In this document: in pieces, positions 44,089 through 53,800 of the stretch
How the letters are laid out: every line of letters begins with the position of its first letter
How positions within the stretch are numbered: the stretch's first letter is position 1
Source of the DNA: an uncultured Clostridium sp.
Lineage (GTDB): Bacteria > Bacillota > Clostridia > TANB77 > CAG-508
Assembly: GCA_946409935.1 (NCBI GenBank)
Contig: CAMJYG010000003.1
Coordinates: 1-63,021, forward strand
Direction: 5' to 3'
Length of the DNA: 63,021 nt
Notes under the pieces: generated by a model
The model's database searches: none
The model's input: only the letters and a program-made list of their open reading frames with translations
Told to the model about the DNA's origin: nothing
Made by a program: the position numbers and the translations under genes

Positions 44089-46716
44089 ATGTATTATAAA
44101 GGTCTAACAGATAATCAAGTAAAAGAAAGCAGAGAAAAGAATGGAAGCAATGCATTATCTAAAGCAGAGCAAGAAAGCATTTGGTCTAAATTATTAGAAG
44201 GATTTAAAGACAAAATGATAATAATATTACTTGTTGCATTAGTTATAAATATTGTTTTTGTAATTATGGGACAAGCAGAATGGTATGAAGCTGTAGGTAT
44301 AGCAGTTGCAGTATTAATTGCAAACTTTGTAAGTGTTTTATCAGAACACAAAAACGAAAGTAAATTTCAAGAATTACAAGATGAAGCCTCAAGAACTAAA
44401 TGTAAAGTATATAGAAATGGTGCATTAACAGAAATATATATTGATGAAATAGTTGTAGGGGACTATGTTAAATTAGAATCTGGAGATAAAGTTCCAGCAG
44501 ATGGAATTTTAGTTGAAGGAGAAATAAAAGTTGAGCAATCAGCTTTAAATGGTGAAACTAAAGAAGCAACAAAAAGAGTTTTAGGAGAAAATCAATTAGG
44601 AGATACAAAAGATTTACTAAACGAATTCTATCTATTTAGAGGGACAGTAGTATGTAATGGTGAATGTATAATGGAAGTTTCAACAGTTGGAGATAATACA
44701 ATATATGGAGAACTTGCAAAAGAAATGCAAGAAGAAACAAGAGAATCACCATTAAAAGTAAAATTAGGAAGATTAGCAGACATAATTGCTAAAATTGGTT
44801 ATACAGGTGGTATATTAATAGCTTTAGCATATTTATTCCAAAACATATTTATTGATACAGGTTTTGATATGAATCAAATTTCTCAAATAGTAACAAATAT
44901 ACCAGTATTATTAAATTTAATTGTAGATAGTGTAATACTTGCAGTAATTATTATAGTCGTTGCAGTTCCAGAAGGCTTACCAATGATGATTGCATTAGTT
45001 TTAGCCATGAATATGGGGAAAATGATGAAAGATAATGTATTGGTAAGAAAAATAAATGGAATTGAAACAGCAGGTGGGTTAAATATATTATTTAGTGATA
45101 AAACAGGAACAATTACAGAAGGAAAATTATCAGTTTCAGAAATAATAGATGGAGATTTAAATAAATTTTCAAATATGAAAGAAATGTCAGCATCTTTTGC
45201 AGATAATTTAACAATAGGTATAGGAATGAATAACAGTTCATCAATATCAAATGAAACAGTAATTGGTGGAAATAATACAGATAGATGTTTAATGAAATAC
45301 TTATTAGACAATAAAGCTTATGAAAATATAGATAGAGAAAGTATTGTTGAATTTATTTCATTTGATTCAGTAAAAAAATATTCTACAGTTATAACAAACA
45401 CAAATATGAAAACACAAAAATACATCAAAGGTGCACCAGAAAAAATAGTTGAAATATGTGATACATATATTGATAAAGATGGAAATGAAAAGCCATTGGA
45501 TAAAGAAAAAATAAATAAATATATGGATGAACAAGCTGGAAAAGCAATGAGATTAATTGCAGTTGCAGTTACAGATGAAATTGAAAAAGAAGAAACATCT
45601 GCAAAAATGAAATTAATAGCTATTTTAAGCATTAGAGATAATGTTAGAAAAGAAGCAATTGAAGCTATTAAAGAAGTGCAAAATGCAGGTGTACAAGTTG
45701 TAATGGTTACAGGAGATAGAAAAGAAACAGCTGTAGCAATAGCAACAGAAGCAGGGTTATTAAAAGAAAAAGAAGACCTAGTATTTACATCTAAAGAACT
45801 TGCAGAATTAACAGATGAAGAATTAAAAGAAAAAATAAGAAAAATAAAAGTTGTAGCTAGAGCATTACCAACAGATAAAAGTAGATTAGTAAAAATTGCT
45901 CAAGAATTAGACTTAGTTGTAGGAATGACAGGAGATGGAGTAAATGATGCTCCAGCACTTAAAAAAGCAGATGTTGGTTTTGCAATGGGTAGTGGTACAG
46001 ATGTTGCTAAAGAAGCAGGAGACATAGTAATAATGGATGACAACTTCTTATCTATAGAAAAAGCTATATTATATGGAAGAACAATATTCAAGAGTATAAG
46101 AAAATTCATTGTATTCCAATTAACAGTAAACGTAGCAGCAGTTTTACTATCATTTATAGGACCATTAATAGGAGTTCATGAACCATTAACAATAATTCAA
46201 ATGTTATGGGTAAACTTAATAATGGATACATTAGCAGCAATTGCATTTGGTGGAGAAGCACCTTTAAGAAGATACATGAGAGAAAAACCAATAAGCAGGA
46301 AAGAAAGTATAGTTACAAAAAATATGTTAATAGAAATTGGTTTAATAGGTGTATATGTATGTGTAATTAGTTTAATGCTAGTATTAAATAATAATTTAAA
46401 CTCACTATTTGATAATACACATAACTATATAGAAACAGTAATATTTGCATTCTTTATCTTTGCAACAATATTTAATGGATTTAATGCAAGAACAGAAAGC
46501 TTAAATTTATTTGAAAATATTACAAAAAATAAAAGATTTTTAACAGTAATGGGGCTAGTTGCATTAATACAAGTAATTATGGTTTATGTTGGTGGAGAAT
46601 TATTAAGAACTGTTCCAATATCTCTAAAATCATGGATTATTGTTGTAATACTTGCAGTTTTAGTTATACCAATTGATTTGATAAGAAAATTATTAACAAA
46701 AAATAAGAGCATTTAA
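44089..46716 (+). CDS. Calcium-translocating P-type ATPase, PMCA-like, Ter-associated
   Basis: VPEGLP, DKTGT, KGAPE, GDGVNDAPALK, NLIMDTL. Confidence 0.95.
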   Translation: MYYKGLTDNQVKESREKNGSNALSKAEQESIWSKLLEGFKDKMIIILLVALVINIVFVIMGQAEWYEAVGIAVAVLIANFVSVLSEHKNESKFQELQDEASRTKCKVYRNGALTEIYIDEIVVGDYVKLESGDKVPADGILVEGEIKVEQSALNGETKEATKRVLGENQLGDTKDLLNEFYLFRGTVVCNGECIMEVSTVGDNTIYGELAKEMQEETRESPLKVKLGRLADIIAKIGYTGGILIALAYLFQNIFIDTGFDMNQISQIVTNIPVLLNLIVDSVILAVIIIVVAVPEGLPMMIALVLAMNMGKMMKDNVLVRKINGIETAGGLNILFSDKTGTITEGKLSVSEIIDGDLNKFSNMKEMSASFADNLTIGIGMNNSSSISNETVIGGNNTDRCLMKYLLDNKAYENIDRESIVEFISFDSVKKYSTVITNTNMKTQKYIKGAPEKIVEICDTYIDKDGNEKPLDKEKINKYMDEQAGKAMRLIAVAVTDEIEKEETSAKMKLIAILSIRDNVRKEAIEAIKEVQNAGVQVVMVTGDRKETAVAIATEAGLLKEKEDLVFTSKELAELTDEELKEKIRKIKVVARALPTDKSRLVKIAQELDLVVGMTGDGVNDAPALKKADVGFAMGSGTDVAKEAGDIVIMDDNFLSIEKAILYGRTIFKSIRKFIVFQLTVNVAAVLLSFIGPLIGVHEPLTIIQMLWVNLIMDTLAAIAFGGEAPLRRYMREKPISRKESIVTKNMLIEIGLIGVYVCVISLMLVLNNNLNSLFDNTHNYIETVIFAFFIFATIFNGFNARTESLNLFENITKNKRFLTVMGLVALIQVIMVYVGGELLRTVPISLKSWIIVVILAVLVIPIDLIRKLLTKNKSI

Positions 46717-46818
46717 TTTAAAAAATAATTGACAAATTAATATAATTACATAAGTAATAAAACACTATTTTTTAAATATATTATATATATAATTATATTT
46801 AAGAAAGGTGTTTTTATT

Positions 46819-47565
46819 ATGATATTAATCAATAAAAAACGATTAGGAATAATCTTATCATGCATATTTGTGGGATTATTTGCATTTTCATTTAAAATTG
46901 CAAGTGAAGAAAAAATTCAAAATACAAATGTTGATAATAATAAAGTTTTAGAAACAGCAGCAACACCAGTTTCAGGTAAAACAATTGTAATAGATGCTGG
47001 ACACGGTGTTCCAGATGAGGGGGCACAAAGTAGTAATGGAACAACAGAAGCACAAACAAATTTAAAAATAGCTCTAAAATTGCAAAATTTATTAGAGCAA
47101 AGCGGATGTAATGTAATACTTACAAGGTCAGATGAAAATGCGATATATGATTTAGACAAAACAACACTTAGAGAAAAAAAGATATCAGATATTCACAACA
47201 GAGTAAAAATAGGAAACGAATCACAAGCAGATATATTTGTAAGCATACATTTAAATAAAATTCCACAGCAACAATATTGGGGATGGCAATGTTTTTATAA
47301 AAATGGAAATGAACAAAGTATTAAACTTGCAAAAAGTATTCAAACTAATTTAAATGAAACAATTCAAAAAGAAAACAAAAGAGTTGCTATGAAATTAGAT
47401 AACGTATACATAATGAAACATGTTGAGATACCAATATCAATTGTAGAATGTGGATTTTTATCGAATCCAGAAGAAGAAAAATTATTACTAGAAGACGATT
47501 ATCAAAATAAACTTGCTTGGGGTATTTATAATGGTATAACAGATTATTTTTATGAAGATAACTAA
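46819..47565 (+). CDS. cwlD: N-acetylmuramoyl-L-alanine amidase, CwlD-like
   Basis: N-terminal TM, IDAGHG, SIHLN, VECGFLSNPEE, YQNKLAWGIY. Confidence 0.8.
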   Translation: MILINKKRLGIILSCIFVGLFAFSFKIASEEKIQNTNVDNNKVLETAATPVSGKTIVIDAGHGVPDEGAQSSNGTTEAQTNLKIALKLQNLLEQSGCNVILTRSDENAIYDLDKTTLREKKISDIHNRVKIGNESQADIFVSIHLNKIPQQQYWGWQCFYKNGNEQSIKLAKSIQTNLNETIQKENKRVAMKLDNVYIMKHVEIPISIVECGFLSNPEEEKLLLEDDYQNKLAWGIYNGITDYFYEDN

Positions 47566-47572
47566 TAACGGT

Positions 47573-47611
47573 TAGGCAGGACAATTGAATTTTAAGTTAC
47601 TGAACTGTAAC
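47573..47611 (-). repeat. Solo end of family B element
   Basis: Near reverse complement of 43783-43820. Confidence 0.75.
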
Positions 47612-47701
47612 ATAGATTTTCATTTTGGTTTAAAATTTAGTGGCATTTCATATATAAATATGTTATACTTATTATAGAGATTAGAGTAAAGGAGAAAAAA
47701 C

Positions 47702-48022
47702 ATGTCTACAATTATATATTCGATAGAAGATATTAAGAAAATGATATATGAAGTACTAATTAATACGGATGTCGAAAAAGCTATATTATTTGGCTCTTAT
47801 GCTAAAAACACACCAACTTCAAAAAGTGATATAGATATCCTTATTGATAGTAATGGGAAAATTAAAGGATTAAAATTTTTTGCTATTATTGATATGATTA
47901 GGGAAAAATTTGATAAAAATGTAGATGTAATTGAAAAATCTGAAATAGAAAAAGATTCTAGAATAGAAAAAGAAATAGAAAGGACCGGCATTGTTGTTTA
48001 TGAAAAGTTTTCTTACAACTGA
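47702..48022 (+). CDS. Minimal nucleotidyltransferase (MNT antitoxin-like)
   Basis: LFGSYAK, SDIDILID, VDVI. Confidence 0.88.
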   Translation: MSTIIYSIEDIKKMIYEVLINTDVEKAILFGSYAKNTPTSKSDIDILIDSNGKIKGLKFFAIIDMIREKFDKNVDVIEKSEIEKDSRIEKEIERTGIVVYEKFSYN

Positions 48023-48068
48023 ATTAAATCAGTTAGAATCTGATTTAATTGATATATATAATAGATAA
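48000..48068 (+). pseudogene. Possible remnant of the HEPN/DUF86 partner gene
   Basis: Overlapping mini-ORF MKSFLTTELNQLESDLIDIYNR ends just before the terminator and resembles a DUF86 C-terminal helix. Confidence 0.4.
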
Positions 48069-48075
48069 ATATCTT

Positions 48076-48114
48076 AAAAAAGACTGAATTTTATTTAAAA
48101 TTCAGTCTTTTTTT
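48076..48114 (+). terminator. Intrinsic terminator
   Basis: AAAAAAGACTGAATTTTA...TAAAATTCAGTCTTTTTT. Confidence 0.85.
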
Positions 48115-48126
48115 GACAAATAAAGT

Positions 48127-48155
48127 TTGAAAAAAATGCCAAAAGGTGCTATAAT
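48127..48155 (+). promoter_or_regulatory. Sigma-A promoter
   Basis: TTGAAA-17bp-TATAAT with extended -10 TG. Confidence 0.8.
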
Positions 48156-48164
48156 TGTATTAGA

Positions 48165-48252
48165 TATGTTAAAAGGCACAATAAACGAAAGTTTATGTCG
48201 CAAAGCCGATGGTCTAAAGATTATAAAAAAATCCAAGATAGCAAGGTTGCAC
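48165..48252 (+). ncRNA. Cyclic di-GMP-I (GEMM) riboswitch
   Basis: GGCACA-ATAAAC-GAAA-GTTTAT-GTCGCAAAGC...GGTCTAAAG...GATAGC..GGTTGC fits the GEMM layout; lies between promoter and gene. Confidence 0.85.
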
Positions 48253-48313
48253 AAAGGAAAAGGAAGGAGAAGTACAAACTGATTTGTGCCTTGTAAAAGG
48301 AAGGTGATTATAT

Positions 48314-48961
48314 ATGAGTAAGAAAAAAATAATAAAAATATTATTAATTATTTTAGCAATAATTATATTAATATTTTTATTTGATTTAGGAAGAAAAACC
48401 TATATTCTATCTAAATACACAAATGAAAATAATAAATACGCTGAAATTACAAATTTTTATAAAAAGATGACGACAGAAGAAGGAATTACAACTGAATTCT
48501 GGAGAAAAGGTAATTTAGGTTTATTGAAAAGAACTGCAAAAGATGATATAAAAATTATATATTATGGCGAAGAATATAATTGGATTATTGTTGATTCTAA
48601 AGACAAAGATAATAATGACAGCAAAATAGCGGTAAAAATGAATAAAGAAGGGCCGGGAATCGAAGTACAAAATTTAAAAACAGGTACTTTGGACATGGAA
48701 AACTTTTGGAATACAATTAAAATGGCTTTTTTATCAAGAATTACAAGTGAAAAAATAGATGATATAGAATGTTATAAATTCTATTTAAATGAAGAATGGC
48801 AAATGTTTGTTAATAAAGATAATTTATTAGTTATGAGAGAAAAAAATGGTTCAACAGATACAGGAACAATTGAATATAAACTAAATGTAGTAAGAGATGA
48901 AGATGTTGTAATGCCTAATTTAGCAGGTTATAGTATAAATGATACTACACAAAAACAATAA
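48314..48961 (+). CDS. Membrane-anchored extracytoplasmic hypothetical protein
   Basis: Basic N-terminus plus TM helix, beta-rich body; AAGGTGAT RBS. Confidence 0.8.
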   Translation: MSKKKIIKILLIILAIIILIFLFDLGRKTYILSKYTNENNKYAEITNFYKKMTTEEGITTEFWRKGNLGLLKRTAKDDIKIIYYGEEYNWIIVDSKDKDNNDSKIAVKMNKEGPGIEVQNLKTGTLDMENFWNTIKMAFLSRITSEKIDDIECYKFYLNEEWQMFVNKDNLLVMREKNGSTDTGTIEYKLNVVRDEDVVMPNLAGYSINDTTQKQ

Positions 48962-48974
48962 AAGTTTACATAAT

Positions 48975-49003
48975 TTGACTTCTATCGTAAAATTTGGTAT
49001 AAT
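48975..49003 (+). promoter_or_regulatory. Sigma-A promoter
   Basis: TTGACT-17bp-TATAAT with extended -10 TG. Confidence 0.8.
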
Positions 49004-49035
49004 GAATTTATATGTAATAAGAGGAAGTGAAATTT

Positions 49036-49705
49036 ATGAGGAAAAAAGGAGCTTTTGTAAAGCATTTGGCAGTAGTATTAGCAGCTTCAACGGTAGCTGT
49101 AGGAGCACGGAGGTGTTATTGCAGATGAGTATTCCGATCCACTTGATGGGCGCCCAACAATAAATAAATTATTAGAAAATCCCGATGAAAGTTATGAAGA
49201 TTACGGAGTAACTGAAGAACATATTGCAATGCTTAATGACTTTATAAACAAAGAAGGAGAGCCGAGTTTAGAAGAACTAGAAGAAGTAGAAAAGAAATTA
49301 ATATTAATGGTAAAACACAAGATTCGTGTAGTTTATTCTTCAGCAATAGGAAAAGAAGAAAATGATATAAATGTTAAATTAGGATATAATGATAATGGTG
49401 ATAGAGACGGAAATCCTCCGGGTGCATATTTACGTTTAGATGGAAAAATATTTACAGACAAAATAAATATATTTGGTTATTGTAAGATGCCAAAAGAGAT
49501 AGCAAAGGCTATAGATAAAATTGCAGAAATTCAATTAATAAAAAGTAATAAAGAAAAAGATGTAACATACCGAATTGATTTAGATAAATATAAATATGCC
49601 TTGAATGATATAAGCAAATTTCTAGGATGTAAAATAAAATGCAATAAAGATGGTACAGAATTAAGTATAGATAATGAAAATAAAAGAGAAGATATAGAAA
49701 AATAA
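49036..49705 (+). CDS. Secreted/membrane-anchored hypothetical protein, ~222 aa, joined by +1 shift at CGG 49108
   Basis: GAGG RBS, signal-like MRKKGAFVKHLAVVLAASTVAVGA; skipping C gives an open frame into ORF 49229. Confidence 0.8.
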
Positions 49706-50640
49706 TGAATATTAAAGGAGAAGTTAAAATGTTAAAATATGATGATCCAAGAGTTTGGAAAAGTAATGCTGAAGATGTAAAAATAGAAATACCATCATGT
49801 GTTAATCCACCATTAAAAAAAATAAAAATAACGCAAAACGGAGAAATGCCTATAAAAGATATGAGTCAATATAGGAGGTATGTTTTATCAGAAAAAGAAC
49901 AAGAAAAAAAAGAAGAAAATAAGGAGGAAGAAGTAATGGCAGAAAATAAAAAATCATCTTGTGGAAAAAAAAGAGCTGCATGGATAGCTGCATCTTTAGC
50001 AGCAACAGCAGCAGTTGGGGGGGCAACGTATGCAATAGATATGAATAGACCATTCTATAACATAAAAGATGCAACAGACCATGGATGTACATATGAATTA
50101 TTAGGAATTAATAAAACAATAGCAGATAGAATAGAAGCGGTAGAAAGGAGTTTAAAGAGTAAAAATAACATAAGTGCAGTAGCCCATGAATTAGCAGATG
50201 TGGGAATAGATGCTGTTATAAGTAAAATAGATAGTGCATTAGGAGATAATGGAGATAATGTAGCAATTAGATATGGAAGAAGGAAATTTGATGGTTTAGA
50301 TAAGCCATATATTATAATTAATAATGAAGAAGTATATGACGGAGAAGGTGGAGAAAATAGACATAAAGTTGCTAACGAAATTATGGTTGGTCTAGATGCC
50401 ATAATTGAAATACAAGGAGAAATTGATTATATGAATGGACCATACTATAATCCTAGTGAAGATAATGAAAAAATTTATAAAAATCTTGAAAAATTATTAA
50501 ATAAAATAAACAAAACAGCTGCACTTGTAATAAGAATTAATAAAGATGGGGACATCATTCAAGTAAGTAGAGAAGAACAAAGGAAAAATCAACAAACAAA
50601 GTCAAATTCAAATAACGATGAACCAGAAATAGGAGATTAA
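49705..50640 (+). CDS. Membrane-anchored hypothetical protein, likely paralog of the upstream gene
   Basis: Hydrophobic WIAASLAATAAVGGA segment; start may be 49729. Confidence 0.75.
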   Translation: MNIKGEVKMLKYDDPRVWKSNAEDVKIEIPSCVNPPLKKIKITQNGEMPIKDMSQYRRYVLSEKEQEKKEENKEEEVMAENKKSSCGKKRAAWIAASLAATAAVGGATYAIDMNRPFYNIKDATDHGCTYELLGINKTIADRIEAVERSLKSKNNISAVAHELADVGIDAVISKIDSALGDNGDNVAIRYGRRKFDGLDKPYIIINNEEVYDGEGGENRHKVANEIMVGLDAIIEIQGEIDYMNGPYYNPSEDNEKIYKNLEKLLNKINKTAALVIRINKDGDIIQVSREEQRKNQQTKSNSNNDEPEIGD

Positions 50641-50822
50641 GGTTGATAATTTATTTTCTTCCCAACCACATTTATGTCTTCGAAACAGAAAAAATATAGT
50701 AAAAATGGTTAAATTTTACAGCGTAACAAATTTAAAATTAAATAAAAATTGATAAATGCATAAAATTACCACTGTTTGCAAACAATATGTGTAAAACATA
50801 TTAAGCAAGGAGTGGATTTTTT

Positions 50823-53800
50823 TTGAAAACAAATAAAATATTAAAAATAAATGGAACATTAACATATGAAAATCAGTTAGAAATGCATTTACAAAAAATT
50901 GCCACAAATCACAATTTAACTAATAAGTCCAACAAAGACACATATCCAATTCCTCAAATGCTAGAAAATTTTAAAGTTATACAAGAAGTTTATAATTTGT
51001 TAAATGAACATTTAAAATTAGGAATAGGTATTCATCCCGCAGGAGAATGGCTATTAGATAACTTATATATCATAGAAGAAACAGTAAAACAAATACAAAA
51101 AGATATGACTTTAAAAAAGTATACTAATTTTGTAGGGATAGCAAACGGACAATATAAGGGATTTGCAAGAATATATGTTTTAGCTTCAGAAATTGTTGCA
51201 TATACAGACAATAAAATAGAAAGAAAACAATTAGAAAAATATTTAGAAAGTTATCAGACTAAAAAGACGTTAAGTATGGAAGAAATTTGGAATATAGGTA
51301 TATTTCTTCAAATTGCAATAATTGAAAATATAAGAGAAATATGTGAAAAAATATATAGTGTTCAGATTCAAAAATTTAAAGCAGAAAATATAGTAGAAAG
51401 ATTAGTTGAAAATAAAGAAAAATCGGAGATAAAATTTAAAAATAATGAAATTAAAAAATTTGATAAAGATATTTCTCAAAATATGAGAGAACCATTTATA
51501 GAATATATGTCTTATATTTTAAAAAGATATGGAAAAAAAGGTTATAGTTATTTGAAAGCATTAGAGGAAACAGTCGAAATGGCTGGTACTACAGTATCTG
51601 AAGTAATAAAAAAGGAGCATTTTGATATTGCGGTAAAAAAGGTGTCTATAGGGAATTGTGTTACAAGTATAAAAAAGATTCAAAGAATTAATTTTTTAGA
51701 GATTTTTGAAAAAATAAATGGTGTTGAAGTTATTCTAAAAAAAGATCCTGCAAATGTATATGAAAAAATGGATAGTAAAACAAAGGAATATTATAGGAAT
51801 AAAATAAAGGAAATATCTAAAAAAACAAAAATATCTGAAATCTATATTTCAAGAAAAATGCTAGAATTAGCGGAAAAAAATAAAGAAGAAAAGATAAAAA
51901 GCCATATTGGATATTATTTGATAGATAAAGGAATAAACGAATTATATAATTCTATTAAATATAAGCCACCAATAAATATTAATGAAAATAGCAAGGTTAA
52001 AATTTATATAACTGCAATGTTAACTATTAGTTTAGCATTTTCAATGATATTGGCGAAATTAGTAAATATACACAGCTTAAAATTATATATTTTAAGTGTT
52101 ATTTTGCTATTTATACCAGCTTCAGAATTTGTAATTCAATTAATACAGTATATTTTAGGAAAATTTGTAAAGCCAAAAATGATTCCTAAATTAGATTTTT
52201 CAGAAGGAATAGATACAGAAAATAAAACTATGGTAGTTATACCTACTATTTTAAAATCGAAAGAAAAAGTACAAGAATTAATGCGAAAATTAGAAGTGTA
52301 TTATTTAGCTAATAAATCTTCAAATATATATTTTACATTATTAGGCGATTGTTCAGAAAGTAAAAATGAAGAAGAAGATTTTGATAAAGGAGTTATTTCA
52401 GAAGGGCAAAATCAAATAAAAGTATTAAATGAAAAATACAAAGCAGAAGAAAATGACTTACCTATTTTTAATTTTATATATAGAAAAAGATTTTGGAATG
52501 AAAAAGAAAATTCATATCTTGGTTGGGAAAGAAAAAGGGGTATGCTAACACAGTTTAACCAATATTTATTGGGAAGTTTAGAAAATCCTTTTAGAATAAA
52601 TACAATAGAGGATTGTAATAAAAAAGAGAAAACTAAAGAAATAAAATATATTATAACTTTAGATGCAGATACAGACTTAATTTTAAATTCTGCATTTGAA
52701 CTAGTTGGAGCAATGGCACATATTTTAAATGAGCCAATTATAGATAAAGAAAAAAATATTGTAAAAAGAGGTTATGGAATAATACAGCCTAGAGTTGGAA
52801 TTAATTTAGATATTAGTTATAAAACTTTATTTACAAAAATATTTGCGGGTTCTGGAGGAATTGATAGTTATACTAATGCAATTTCAGATATATACCAAGA
52901 TAATTTTAAAGAGGGAATTTTTACAGGAAAAGGAATTTATAATTTAAAAGTTTATGAAGAAGTATTAAATGGGCAAATACCAGAAAATACTGTTTTAAGC
53001 CATGACCTTTTAGAAGGTTGTTATTTAAGATGTGGACTAGCATCAGATATTCTATTAATGGATGGATATCCAACAAAATATAATAGTTTTATGAATAGGC
53101 TTGCAAGATGGATTAGAGGAGATTGGCAAATAACAAAATGGGCATGTAAAAAAAGCCAGTTAAATTTGCTATCTAAATATAAAATATTAGATAATTTAAG
53201 AAGGAGTCTATTAGAAATAAGTATAATAGTTGCAATAACATATATTAGTATAATTGGAATTTTTTATCAAAAAAATATATCTCCAATAAACTTGGTATTA
53301 ATAACAATTCTTGGTTTTCCTTATATTTTAGAAATTTTAAATTATCTAATATTCAAAAAAGAGGGAGAACAAAAGCAAAAAACATTTAGCCCCAAAATTT
53401 CTGGAATAAGAGGAGCATTTATAAGAGGAATATTAACAATAGGATGTCTTCCATATAAAGCATTTATTTCTATAAAATCAATTTTCAAAACTCTATATAG
53501 AAAATATATATCACATAAGCATTTGCTAGAATGGACAACATCAGAAGAAGCTGAAAGACAAGCAAAATCAAGCCTTGCTGCATATTACAATTTAATGAGT
53601 ATAAATGTATTATCAGCAGTAATAGCAATAGGTTTAGGAGGATTAAAAGAAAATTTTTTATGTATATTGTTAGGAATTTTATGGATTTTAACTCCTACTA
53701 TAATGTGGTATATAAGTAAAGATATAAAAAAGAAAACGGCAATTCAAAAACTGGAAAATCAAGATAAAAAATATGTTATGGAAATAGGAAAGAAAACGTG

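Noticed and set aside
48939-49163. 74-aa ORF in the track
   Set aside because: Overlaps the promoter and the better-supported gene starting at 49036.
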